DNA of 64,000 bases, from contig OX597815.1 of the NCBI GenBank assembly GCA_951406725.2, positions 210,366,001-210,430,000 on the forward strand. Direction: 5' to 3'. The number at the start of each line of letters is the position of its first letter. The first letter of the stretch is position 1. This document shows, in pieces, positions 53,249 to 64,000 of the stretch. This DNA comes from Octopus vulgaris (lineage: Eukaryota). A program made the position numbers and the translations under genes. A model generated the notes under the pieces. The model did no database searches and had not been told where the DNA came from. It saw nothing but the letters and a program-made list of their open reading frames with translations.

Positions 53249-53476
53249 TATTCGTCCAGGGACCCCTCTTTCATCTGCGTTTTGAGAATTTTGCTGCCTT
53301 TTTGTTGAGTGAGTTCGTATTTTTTGTTCGTCGTTGTTTGTGTTACTCGTGAATTGAACAGTTGTCCGTTGTGTAACAGTAATTTTCGCCCTACGGGGCG
53401 GAAAATTCTGCGTTTAAGCATTGTCATTACCTTCGAGGTTTTTTTTTTTTAAACATTTGTTCTCATAATTTGAGAA

Positions 53477-54871
53477 ATGGAGTTCGACTTGGCGTCGAGG
53501 AGTGACTTTCCCGTGATGGGAAAAGGTGAACAAAAGGATACCGAAGTCAAAAAACAGTCTTTTTCGGCCGCAGTGGGCGGAACCGTAACGAATGTAGAAT
53601 TCAAGATTGAACAGTTATTTGAATACCGGAACTTGGTAAAAACGGAAGGCAATGAAATTAAACTGGTTCCGCCGAAAGCAAAGGTACAGGAAATAAAGGC
53701 AAAGACAGTTGTATACAAAGTTTATAGCAACAAAGAAAAAAAAATGGATGTCAAGAACGAGATAGTAGAAAAGTGCTTGTCCCCGGTGTGGAACAAAATT
53801 CGCCACGTTGTTCGAGGTGCTCGCAGCGCTACCGTTGAAGCACATTTCGACTCGGCTGATGTGGCAAGAGAGGTGTCATCAATGACCTTGAAAAGTGAGG
53901 ATATCATGTTGCTACCTTCGTATATGGGGAAAAGAACAGCCAAACTACATGTAGAGGATATACCAAGAGGGTATGATATAATGTGGGTAGCAGCGGCAGT
54001 CCTGCACAATGTAGAGCGGGAAGTTTCAATTCTGCAGATGAGAAGGAAAGAGGAGGTGCACTGGAAAGGACAAGCGCTAGAACTCCTCGTTCAAGCAGAA
54101 AATATGATACTAGAAAACTTACCCGATAGGGTATTTAATGAGGAGGGAATTTCAATGAGAGTGTCAGTGGAGGGGCGCAGACCTAGGTGCTTCAAATGTG
54201 GCGAAAAGGGTCACGTCCGCTCAAACTGCATAAAAAAAAGAAAATCAACGAAGCCCCTCCTCAAAGTGCTTCAAACACTGAAAAAGAAAAGGTGGAAAAA
54301 GAACCCAAGACTGCGACAAGGAAAGGAACCGAAACGGAAGATGAAAATGAACAGATGGAATATACACAGGTGACACACAAAAGAAAAAAGATAACACCCT
54401 GGACTCCCCTCCCCAAACAAAGAAAAAAATCAGCAAACACCGCAGAGATACATACAAAACAAATTCCCCAGCCCTACCCCCACGGCACTGTATTCATTGG
54501 AACACAGTTCGCCAAGCCCCTCCCCATAAAACAAGATTTGAAAAAATTGATAAAAAAAAATGAAAAGATTATAGCATTTGACGAGAAGAACGATAGGGTG
54601 TACAAGTATTTCAAATTTTCAAAATTTAAACTATTCAGTAAGTCTACAGACACAAAATCAACCACTCGCTTGAGGAAGACGAGTAGAAGGAAAAAACACT
54701 ACAAGAACATTTAAAGAATAATCTTATCAGAGATGTAACGAATGAAATACTGGAGGGTAAACTCATTATAACCCCGGCAACCACACCTACCCAGAGCCCG
54801 ATGGCAACGCCGGTTAAGAGCCCTGCAGCTACGACCACAAGGGAGGAAGAAGGGGAAGCAGGCAGATTTAA
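53477..54871 (+). pseudogene. ORF1 (gag-like, CCHC zinc knuckle), frameshifted
   Basis: SFSAAV motif and EGRRPRCFKCGEKGHVRSNC. Apparent frameshift in the A-run at ~54232-54244, continuing as ORF 54187..54714 and probably further; end approximate. Confidence 0.8.
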
Positions 54872-54926
54872 ACTGTCATGCTCCCTGTCCCAACCGTAAG
54901 TTTATTTATTTTTTCTCTCTCCGACA

Positions 54927-57900
54927 ATGGCAAAGCTGGGTTGTGTGAATGTGCGTGGAATGGGGTCGAAATGGAAACAAATTTGTTTCCTGAACGACCT
55001 CACGACACACGGAGTGGACGTAGCTATTGTAACCGAGTCCAAGATGAAAGGGGCCCAAGCGTTCTCGCCTCTTCTAAATGGTTTCGAGAAATTTATTTCT
55101 CCTAGCCGAGGAAGAGGAAGAGGCGTGGCAGTCCTTATCAGGAAGAGCTTGGACTTTCAGGTAAGTACTGTCTTTCTGGACCCAGAAGGCAGGCTTGTCG
55201 TTCTGGATGTGACCCACGTAAGTAAACAGTCCTTCGGGTTGGTAGCTGTCTACGCTCCGAATGAGTGTAGGCAGGCGGGTTTTTTTCGGAATCTGGAGCA
55301 CTTTTGAGCGACGTCGAAAACGGTAGTCTTAGTAGGGGACTTTAACACTGTCCTTGAAGCGCGGGTCGACAGTGTTGGCTCAACCAATAGGAAGGGGAAA
55401 CATAGCCTCAAGGGTCTACTAGAGAGCTTTGATCTAGTGGACCGTTATCGACTGGATGAGCCGGGCGTTCCACAGTGGACGTAGAGTAACAACGACGACT
55501 CACACAGATCGTATATAGATAGGATATTCGTTAGGAAAAGAGATAAGGATACGTTTAGTTGTCCACAGTTTCACATTGTGCCTTACACGGATCACAAATT
55601 TGTGACTTGTAGGGTGCAATTAGATAAGTGCCATAGACAGGGACCCGGGTACTGGAAGCTGAACAAGTCTATTTTGAATTGTGAAGACTTCCGTACCCGG
55701 ATTAAGGTGTTAGTACAGAGGGCATTGTATGGCACCACCATTAACAATAGATGGTGGCACTCCCTCAAAAGAGCCATTCGTTCAGAGTCCATTAGATTTA
55801 GCAATCAGCTAAGGTTAGATAGGTCTAGGATAGAGGACGATTTAGTTAAGAATCTAAACGAGGCAATGGAAGCTGGCTCTGCATCCGGAGTGATGGCGGC
55901 AAGGACGGTATTGTACCTATTTCTTTATTACCCACAAGGGGCTAAACATAGAGGGGACAAACAAGGACAGACATAGGTATTAAGTCGATTACATCGACCC
56001 CAGTGCATAACTGGTACTTAATTTATCGACCCCGAAAGGATGAAAGGCAAAGTCGACCTCGGCGGAATTTGAACTCACAACGTAACGCAGACGAAATACC
56101 GCTAAGCATTTCGCCCGGCGTGCTAACGTTTCTGCCAGCTATTGTACCGTCACCTTAACTCCAAACACGAAGCTTGCAGAGTTAGAGCTAAGCTACGCGC
56201 TGGGAAACGAGAAGGTATTAACGTTGCCGGATGGGCCCGTCGAGTGGAGAGTCAGAGAGGTAACAAAGCTTCAATCAAGTCTTTAACTGACGAACAGGGA
56301 CAATAGATCTATGGACAGGAGGAGATGCAAAAGTTTCTTCACCAGCATTTCGCCCGCGCGTTCGGGGGTGGTGTGGCGCCGGAGTGGGGGGGCCTTAAAG
56401 GACTTCCTAGCCGGCGGACCGCGGCTCTCGGGGCGTGAGGTGGAGTGCTGTGAAGGAGCGATCACTCCCGCGGAGATAGAGGGGGTACTGGCCGGATGCG
56501 CCGGGGAGAAGTCGCCGGGGTTGGATGGTCTGCCCTACGAGCTTTACCAAAGTATGCCAGACTTGTTCGGGGGAATATTGGCAGGCGTCTACGCGAACTG
56601 GCAGCAGAATGGGAGAATTCCCAGTTCTGTAAGCCGGGGAGTGGTGACGCTAATCCAGAAAGACCCGAGCAAGGGGGATAACATTAGTAATTACAGGCCC
56701 ATAACTCTACTTAACGTAGAGTTAAAGATTTTGGCCAAGGTGTTGGCAAAAAGGTTGACGGTTGTCGTGGAGAAACTTGTAGGGAAAGCACAGACATGTG
56801 CAATTCCAGGCAGGTCGATCCAGGACAATCTTCACCTTATATGCTACACCTTAGATAGGGTGGGTACATTAACCGGCAAGGGCGGGGTAATATCCATTTA
56901 GACCAAAGTAAAGCGTCCGATAGGGTAGACCATAAGTACCTGGCGACGGTCCTCGAAGCGGCTGGACTGGGCCCTGAATTTCGCGGGTGGATCTCCGCTA
57001 TGTATAGCGGCATCAAGTTCACCGTCCAGATAAACGGTTACCTAACGGAACCGTTTTCGATCGAATGTTCAGTTCGTCAAGGGTGCCCCTTGTCACCACT
57101 TTTGTACGTGTTGGCTTTCGAGCCATTGCTGCGAAAGTTGGAGAGGCTGGGAAGTAACTCGGATGAGATCGGAGGTGGGAGGACGGTTACTGCTTATGCG
57201 GATGACGTCACCCTCATCGTATCCAATGAGGCCCAGCTACCTTGTGTAGAAGATGCTATCAGAGGATACGAGGTGGTGGCAAGGAGCAAGGGTTAACAAG
57301 GACAAGTCGGTTGGCTTGCGCCTCGGCACCTGGAGGAGCAAGTCGATATCGTCCAGTGTCGTGGGACACTGGACGGATGGTCCTGTTAAGTTGCTAGGAG
57401 TTTGGTTTGGGTCAGACTCCCAAACGGAGAGGAATTGGAGTGAGGTGACGGACAAGGTGGAGGCCATAGTACGGACCTGGTCCGGAAGGACTCTGTCCTT
57501 GAAAGTAAGGGCGGAGGTGGCACAGATGTTTATTGCATCTGTAATCACTTACCGCCTGACCGCTGTCCCTTGCCCCGATTCATGGCTTAGCAAGTTGGAG
57601 CGAATCCTTTTCCGCTTTTTGTGGAAGGGAGGAAAGCCACTTGTGAGGCACTCCGTTTGCTGCCAGGAACCTTAAAGGGTGGGTTAGGAATGCCTTGGTT
57701 GATGATGCGCAGGCATGCGTTGAGGCTGAAGCATCTCTGGCACCACCTGGAGGGTGATAAGGTGTGGAGTCCGCTGGCAGGGGAATTTTTCCCGAGACCG
57801 GCTTCCTTAGTGAATTTTAAACCCGGTCGCATCAAAAGACGGAATCTGACTTTATGGCAAAAGGAGTGCCGACAGGCACTCACGCTGATCCACAAGGCGG

Positions 57901-58544
57901 GCAAGGCCGGCTGCGAAAATACCACCTCGGTATTTTATAGCAGGCTGGTAGAGGCAAAGAACGACGACGTCCTAGGAGGGGCTCTGGGGTTTGACGAAGA
58001 CCAGCTTACCAACCTGTTTAAAAAGACTTTCAGGACGGGGTATTTGGATAATTTCCAAAGATCCCTGGCCTGGCAGTGTTATAGGAATGCTTTACCTGTT
58101 CGCGAGAAGTTATCGCGGCACGGAATTTCAGTTCCACCGACGTGTCCAAGATGCGGGTTGGACGATGAAACCGTCCAGCACGCTTTTGTACACTGTCGGA
58201 AGTTGTCAGACTTGATAAGTTACGCAGAACACGTGTTATCGCATCTGGGACGAGTACAGCTGTCGGCTGAGTCTATGATTAAGATGATACCGCCAACTGG
58301 ACTCTCGAAGGAAGGTGAGGCATGTTTTCACTGCACGGTTGCAGTAGTAAAAGAATGCATGTGGCGTACAAGAATGGAAGGAGTCGCAATAGGATCCTTT
58401 GTCTCAGGCCCCGGCTTGCTCACTTACTTCAGATATCATCTGAAGAGCAAAATGGGGCTGGAAAAGAAGATCTTACCACGAAGTGTGTATGAAAAAAGAT
58501 GGAAGGAAGTGGCAAAAAAGGTGGGTGTCAGAAACCCTGCTTAA
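54927..58544 (+). pseudogene. ORF2: APE endonuclease + reverse transcriptase + C-terminal CCHC, disrupted
   Basis: APE: CVNVRG, VYAP, GDFN, YIDRI, TDH. RT: KSPGLDGLPYE, YRPITLLN, QGCPLSPLLY, YADD. C-terminal CPRC..ETVQHAFVHC. Contains stops, frameshifts and a SINE insertion. Confidence 0.9.
55918..56139 (-). mobile_element. Family C SINE inserted into Tx1 ORF2, 9-bp TSD
   Basis: TSD tattgtacc at 55909-55917 and 56140-56148; reverse complement matches 37923-38155. Confidence 0.9.
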
Positions 58545-58798
58545 CTATGATGGAGGAGAGGAAAGAAAATCTGCGGGGCCTTATAGGTTGCCGGGGTTTA
58601 AAATATATCGGTAAGATCGCAAGTTAATGTAATGTTGTAATGTTCTATTAGTCAATGCAAAGGACAATTTAAATACAAATTTTGTATAATGAATAATCCA
58701 AATATTATGGAAAATTTTTAATCGAACCACTTAACTGTTTTTTGTATGTATGTCCTGTATTGTCCTATGTAATGATTTTATAATCGTAATAAAGAAAT

Positions 58799-59076
58799 TC
58801 GTCGACAACCATGATTGTCACACGCTGATGAAAGGTAAACACCTTGAAACTCGGGTACGTATGTATCATGTGTTGAAGACGGGGAGGATGACTCCCCTTC
58901 ACAAATACTGACAGGACACAGATAGTGTGTCTATAGCCAGCGGGAGGAGGTGTCTTCCTGGGGCTACAAACTACAGTAGCATCCACCCTTATGGGTTAGC
59001 CATATTCAAATGGCATATATGCATCACGATGTGTTACCGCTACTGTTTATAACTCGCTCTGAGATTTATCATTGTT
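58799..59076 (+). repeat. Right part of the hammerhead-containing unit (retrozyme / Penelope pLTR-like)
   Basis: Contains the TSD, the hammerhead and the segments repeated directly and inverted at 52830-53153; ends at a TA tract. Confidence 0.85.
58819..58863 (+). ncRNA. Minimal type I hammerhead ribozyme
   Basis: Stem I CACACG / CGTATG (CGTGTG in the inverted copy); core CTGATGA (58825-31); stem II AAGGT-aaac-ACCTT; GAAA (58846-49); minimal stem III C-tcgg-G; GUA cleavage triplet with predicted cut after 58857. Confidence 0.85.
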
Positions 59077-59324
59077 ATATTTATATATATATATATATAT
59101 ACTTACATACATACATTAATCCTCCTTCCACCCTCCCTCTACAACGTTCCCGTATTTACTTACTTCTACTTTCTCCATCGTACTTTTCCTCCTCCTTTCT
59201 GCACGCCCTATCCTATAACTTATGTTTCACGTTAGCAGCCCGCATTATCCTGCACCCATTATCAGCTGCAGCCAGATTTTCAAGCTGAGAGGATGTAAAC
59301 TCTGACTTTCTTCTCTTTTTGTCT

Positions 59325-59392
59325 AGCCCCTGACGAAGGATTGAATCTGAAACTTTGGATATTCCACTATTCCACTCCTCACGGCAAGTTCA
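59325..59392 (+). ncRNA. Degenerate hammerhead-like motif
   Basis: CTGACGA-A-GGAT-tga-ATCT-GAAA-CTT...AAG-TTC after a pyrimidine-rich tract; stem I not supported. Confidence 0.35.
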
Positions 59393-59406
59393 CCGTACCC
59401 CTTTCA

Positions 59407-59478
<72 letters not shown>

Positions 59479-60192
59479 TACGTATATATTTGCATGCCCG
59501 CACATATTTTAACGAGTATCCGATACTTACAAGAAGACGAAACACCAGCACAACGTGATTTTTGTAAAAGGATATGCAAAATTCTTGATCAGATATAATG
59601 GACGATTTAATTTCACCCTATTTTCCTTTGACATCAGCATGACTGAATCCTTTTCCGAAAATATTGAAACCTGTAGCATCTTTTAACAAAACGTAAATAC
59701 TTTCCTGGTTCTTTCGATGATAAAGTTTATAAAGCATTTTCTCTTTTACTGTTTTATTTTAATATACACATATGTATAGACACATGTATGTGTGTGCGTG
59801 TATACATGCATGCGTGCATGCGTACGTGCATGCGTGTATGTGGGCGTGCATGTGTGTGTATGTGTGTGGGTGTGTGCGTGTGTGTTCTGTATTTAATCAT
59901 TTAAATTCTTCTGAAGAAGAAGGAGCTGGTTTCTAGCAAAATCAGAGCTCCATTTTTGGACTGTAGATAGCGATGCCACATTCTAAACCTGAGAAAAGTC
60001 GTGCATAGGTTCACAGCGAATGTATGTAAATATGAATGAATGAATGAATGCAAGTGCTTACATTGTAAATTGGTTTGTAGAACTCCAAAGAAAACTCTAT
60101 GAGTTAATTATTTCTTGCGATCAACTATATTTTTTTTCGCATCTTATGTATTAGTAAAATGATACTCACCACATTTGCTAATGCACACATAT

Positions 60193-60611
60193 AGGCGCAA
60201 GAGTGGCTGTGTGGTAAGTAGCTTGTTTACTAACCACATGGTTCCGGGTTCAGTCCCAATGCGTGGCATCTTGGGCAAGTGTCTTCTACTATAGCCTCGG
60301 GCCGACCAAAGCCTTGTGAGTGGATTTGGTAGACGGAAACTGAAAGAAGCCCGTCGTATATATGTATATATATATATATGAGTGTGTGCATGTTTGTGTG
60401 TGTCTGTGTTTGACCCCTTAGCATCACTTAACAACCGATGCTGGTGTGTTTACGTCCCCGTCACTTAGCGGTTCGGCAAAAGAGATCGATAGAATAAGTA
60501 CTGGGCTTACAAAGAATAAGTCCCGGGGTCGATTCGCTCGACTAAAGGCGGTGCTCCAGCATGGCCACAATCAACTGACTGAAACAAGTAAAAGAGTAAA
60601 GAGTAAGAGTA
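60193..60611 (+). mobile_element. CORE-type SINE (family A), full length
   Basis: Head aggcgcaagagtggctgtgtggtaag...gggttcagtcc (A/B boxes), CORE-like block, tail aaaagagtaaagagtaagagta. Confidence 0.92.
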
Positions 60612-60789
60612 TATCTAAAATGATAAACCTACAATTTATGTACATACATATATGTATGTTAGTATGCAGGTATATATTTGTGTATACCTACAGACATACA
60701 TAATTATATATATGTTGGTGAATATATATATATGTATGTATGTATCTTATATAAAGAAATCTCGCTAGATAAGGCTTACACTCATACAG

Positions 60790-61483
60790 AGATTATTCCA
60801 ACTATACACGTGCAACCGAGATGTAAATGTTCATATTTCTATGTTCTGATTATGTTATACTGAAGATTGGAGGACGGAATTATATCCGCTGACCATGAAA
60901 TCATTAATTGTATGCAACTAAATCTGTTTCTAAAAGGTAACTTTCTATGTTTCATTCCCTCGTTTTCGGTGCCGTGAATATTTATTGAATTAGTTTGACT
61001 TAAGAGTTCTGTTACAGTGAGAGGCGTTTACTTATAATAATAGCCATTAATATAATTAATGTATTTTATATCTAAACGATAAAGTATATACTTTGTATTG
61101 ATTATTTCTTAAGCTTGTTTTTCACGCTGGCTACTTAATAAATTCTTATAAGGATTTAATCCTTATATTTTATTTTAGAAATTAAAAGGGAATATGTATT
61201 CAGTGGTGAATTATTCCGACAATACACGTACAACCGAGTTGTGACTAGAGAAGCTCACCTTCTACAAGTATATATAAGTGTGAACATTTGTATATGCTAT
61301 GTTGGATACGTTTGCTGTATAAGTGTTCATATTTATATGTTCTGATTATGTTGGAAAAGCGTAATTATACACTGAAGATTGGAAAGCGTAATTATACACG
61401 TTGTTAATGAAATCATTAATCGTATGCAACTAAAACTGCTTCGAGAAGGTAATTTTCCATGTTGCATTCCCTCGCTTTCGGTG
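60790..61483 (+). repeat. Diverged local duplication (60790-60972 vs 61209-61483)
   Basis: Shared blocks attattcc..atacacgt.caaccgag, tatgttctgattatgtt, atgaaatcattaat.gtatgcaactaaa and cattccctcg.tttcggtgc. Confidence 0.8.
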
Positions 61484-61515
<32 letters not shown>

Positions 61516-63099
61516 CATATATATATGATATATATTTTTTATATCATATATAAATGTAAAATAGTATATAAAATGAAAGCCCTATAATTTATAGATTCAA
61601 GTTTCGCTGGTTTAGTACCTGTTATATCTACATGAATCACTAAAAAGTGATAGTAAATGCTCGCCAAAAAAATATGCCTAAGATTACTAACGAAAAAAGA
61701 AACAATTCGATACTGAAAAATAATTGTTATGATTCTAACTATATGTGTCATAACTAGGTAGATACTTCGTATAATTATATTATCTTCTCTTTCAGTGAAA
61801 CACTAGAATTTAATATACATATTTCGTACAGTTCGTAAATTTCCTAAGCTTTGCCTCTTCCTCCTGAATTATTTAGAGAAAAAAACCGATTATCTATTTT
61901 ATTAGAATTCCTTGACTGTAGTTTCAAATCTCTATAATAACACCATCTCCAATACATTAGAAAAGTCATATTATTGGCCATCTTATTTCATAAACCTTTA
62001 GGGTATAGCCGAACAATATTTATTACTTGTATAAAATTACTAATCTACAATCTCTGCCACTAAACTTTGGCTATAGACACATTTATTATTAGGACAACTA
62101 TATTTTGTAATGTGAATTACTTGATTTAGCTGAATATCTGCCATTCTAGTCTCATATGTCTTTCTTTATGAAATCTGCATACATTTCGGCTTATTTAATT
62201 CAATCAAGATGTCTATTCCAGGCTGAAGCGTCTTCACCATTTTGCTTTTAAATACATCATGCAATAGCTCTGTGTATACTGCATGGTTAAATGAATTTGC
62301 TTAGGATAAGAGAGAACAGCATATGATGTTTTCATACAAAGGTATATCTCTTTGTTTACACGGATATTCACATTTACATAAGTATATATATATATATATA
62401 TACCTCTCCCTCTCTCTTTCTTTCTTTCACTCTATCTCTCTATGTACACATATTGGAGTAGGGAGCGGGTGCGTGTAAGAATACATATATATCCACATAC
62501 AGACATACACATATACATATATGAATACATATATATATATATTTCCATATGTATATACATATATTTTCATGTATATGCGCATACACAGCTACATATGCAC
62601 ATGTATTCACTTATATATATATATACATAAAATCTAATCTGTATTAACTAAGATTACTTTGTCAGCCTATGGTAATAAAAACAAATAGGTGATACGATAT
62701 TGATGCAATCGTTATAATAAGATACTTTATTGCATTGTAGCATCATACAGGCAGATTTGTATGAAGTGCAACATCTATATAATGCTAACAAAACATACTC
62801 TTAGATTTGGCAGCATGTATACATGTTGTTCTCCATATATTCATGTCTGTACGATGTTACAATGCAAGACAATCTATTAAGGAAACGATTTCAGAGACAC
62901 AGTCTAATCCATTCGTTTGTTTCCAATGTTATCATACATTACACTGAAATTCACTTCAACTTTGGATATCGTGGGATGTTGTGGATAACTAAACTTATTG
63001 GATTGTTTACCTGTTTTGTTGTATTTTACTGCATAGCCATCAATTCATTATACTTCACAGTGATAGTCCCATACCTTAATTGATCATACACAATTGATT

Positions 63100-63213
63100 A
63101 GTCCCACTGCGTGGCATCTTGGGCAAGTGTCTTCTGCTATAGCCCCGGCCCGACCAATGCCTTCTGAGTGGATTTAGTAGACGGAAACTGAAAGAAGCCT
63201 GTCGTATATATGT

Positions 63214-63287
<74 letters not shown>

Positions 63288-63289
63288 AC

Positions 63290-63365
<76 letters not shown>

Positions 63366-63621
63366 GTATATGTATATATATATGTGTGTGTGTGTATGTG
63401 TCTGTGTGTCTGTGTTTGTCCCCATAGCATTGTTTGACAACCGATGCTGGTGTGTTTACGTCCCCGTCACTTAGCGGTTCGGCAAAAGAGACCGATAGAA
63501 TAAGTACTGGGCTCACAAAAGAATAAGCCCCGGGGTCGATTTGCTCGACTAAAGGCGGTGCTCCAGCATGGCCGCAGTCAAATGAATGAAACAAGTAAAA
63601 GAGTAAAAGAGTAAAAGAGTA
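63100..63621 (+). mobile_element. 5'-truncated CORE-type SINE (family A) with expanded internal TA tract
   Basis: Homologous to 60253-60611. Confidence 0.9.
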
Positions 63622-63875
63622 TGCTGTGTAGAGACCGGCATATCAAAAAAATAAACTCAACATTTTTTCTGAGTGTCGTAAAATGCGAATAAAAGTTATG
63701 GTAGGATTTCGCCCCTCACCCAAACCACGAAAGCGCTTCCTCGGCAGTGACTGCCTAAACACACCCATAAACCGAACGTTTGTTACCTGATGAGGCAAAG
63801 GTGTCGTCTTCTATGAGTAGGGAATGTGCAACAAACGGAGGATGCAGAGACGCACTATTACAGCGCATGACCCAA

Positions 63876-63910
63876 TACTACTACTTCTGCCACCACTACG
63901 ACCACAAGCC

Positions 63911-63987
<77 letters not shown>

Positions 63988-64000
63988 ACTCCTACTACTG
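63876..64000. repeat. (TAC)n/(CTG)n microsatellite
   Basis: Direct inspection. Confidence 0.93.

Larger units (their letters stand above)
53249..58798 (+). mobile_element. Full-length Tx1-like (L1 group) non-LTR retrotransposon with 20-bp TSD
   Basis: TSD tcgtcgacaaccatgattgt at 53229-53248 and 58799-58818. Contains 5' UTR, ORF1, ORF2 and a 3' UTR ending aataaagaaat with no poly(A). Confidence 0.9.

Noticed and set aside
52830-59076. DIRS/LTR-type element suggested by the terminal direct and inverted repeats
   Set aside because: The internal ORFs are APE-RT (LINE), with no tyrosine recombinase or integrase. The 20-bp TSD shows the repeats belong to the target, not the LINE.
60193-60265. tRNA-like sequences at SINE heads
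   Set aside because: They are SINE promoter regions attached to SINE bodies, not tRNA genes.
63786-63805. ctgatgaggcaaaggtgtcg hammerhead-like start (similar ctgatga/ctgaaga at 45855, 36368 and 51421)
   Set aside because: No correctly placed GAAA or closing stems.

Overview
AT-rich, microsatellite-dense eukaryotic DNA made almost entirely of transposable elements. The SINE families resemble those I recall from octopus/cephalopod genomes (inference). No host gene could be supported. Main contents: (1) an intact-ORF R4/Dong-type RLE non-LTR retrotransposon (ORF 3241-7038), with a near-identical partial copy at 1-864 beside a 100-N gap; (2) decayed mariner, Tc1 and hATm-like DNA transposons, the last with a nested non-autonomous Helitron; (3) a decayed Ty3/Gypsy pol with PPT and 3' LTR; (4) many tRNA-derived SINEs; (5) a full-length, pseudogenised Tx1-like (L1 group) LINE at 53249-58798 with a perfect 20-bp TSD. 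The best candidate for an undescribed system is this Tx1 insertion. Its target lies in the extended stem I of a minimal hammerhead ribozyme, inside a ~353-nt partially tandem and inverted retrozyme/Penelope-pLTR-like unit, so the ribozyme core starts 26 nt downstream of the LINE 3' end. Other hammerhead-like motifs (including an inverted pair at 10.3-10.5 kb) and large foldback repeats are also present.
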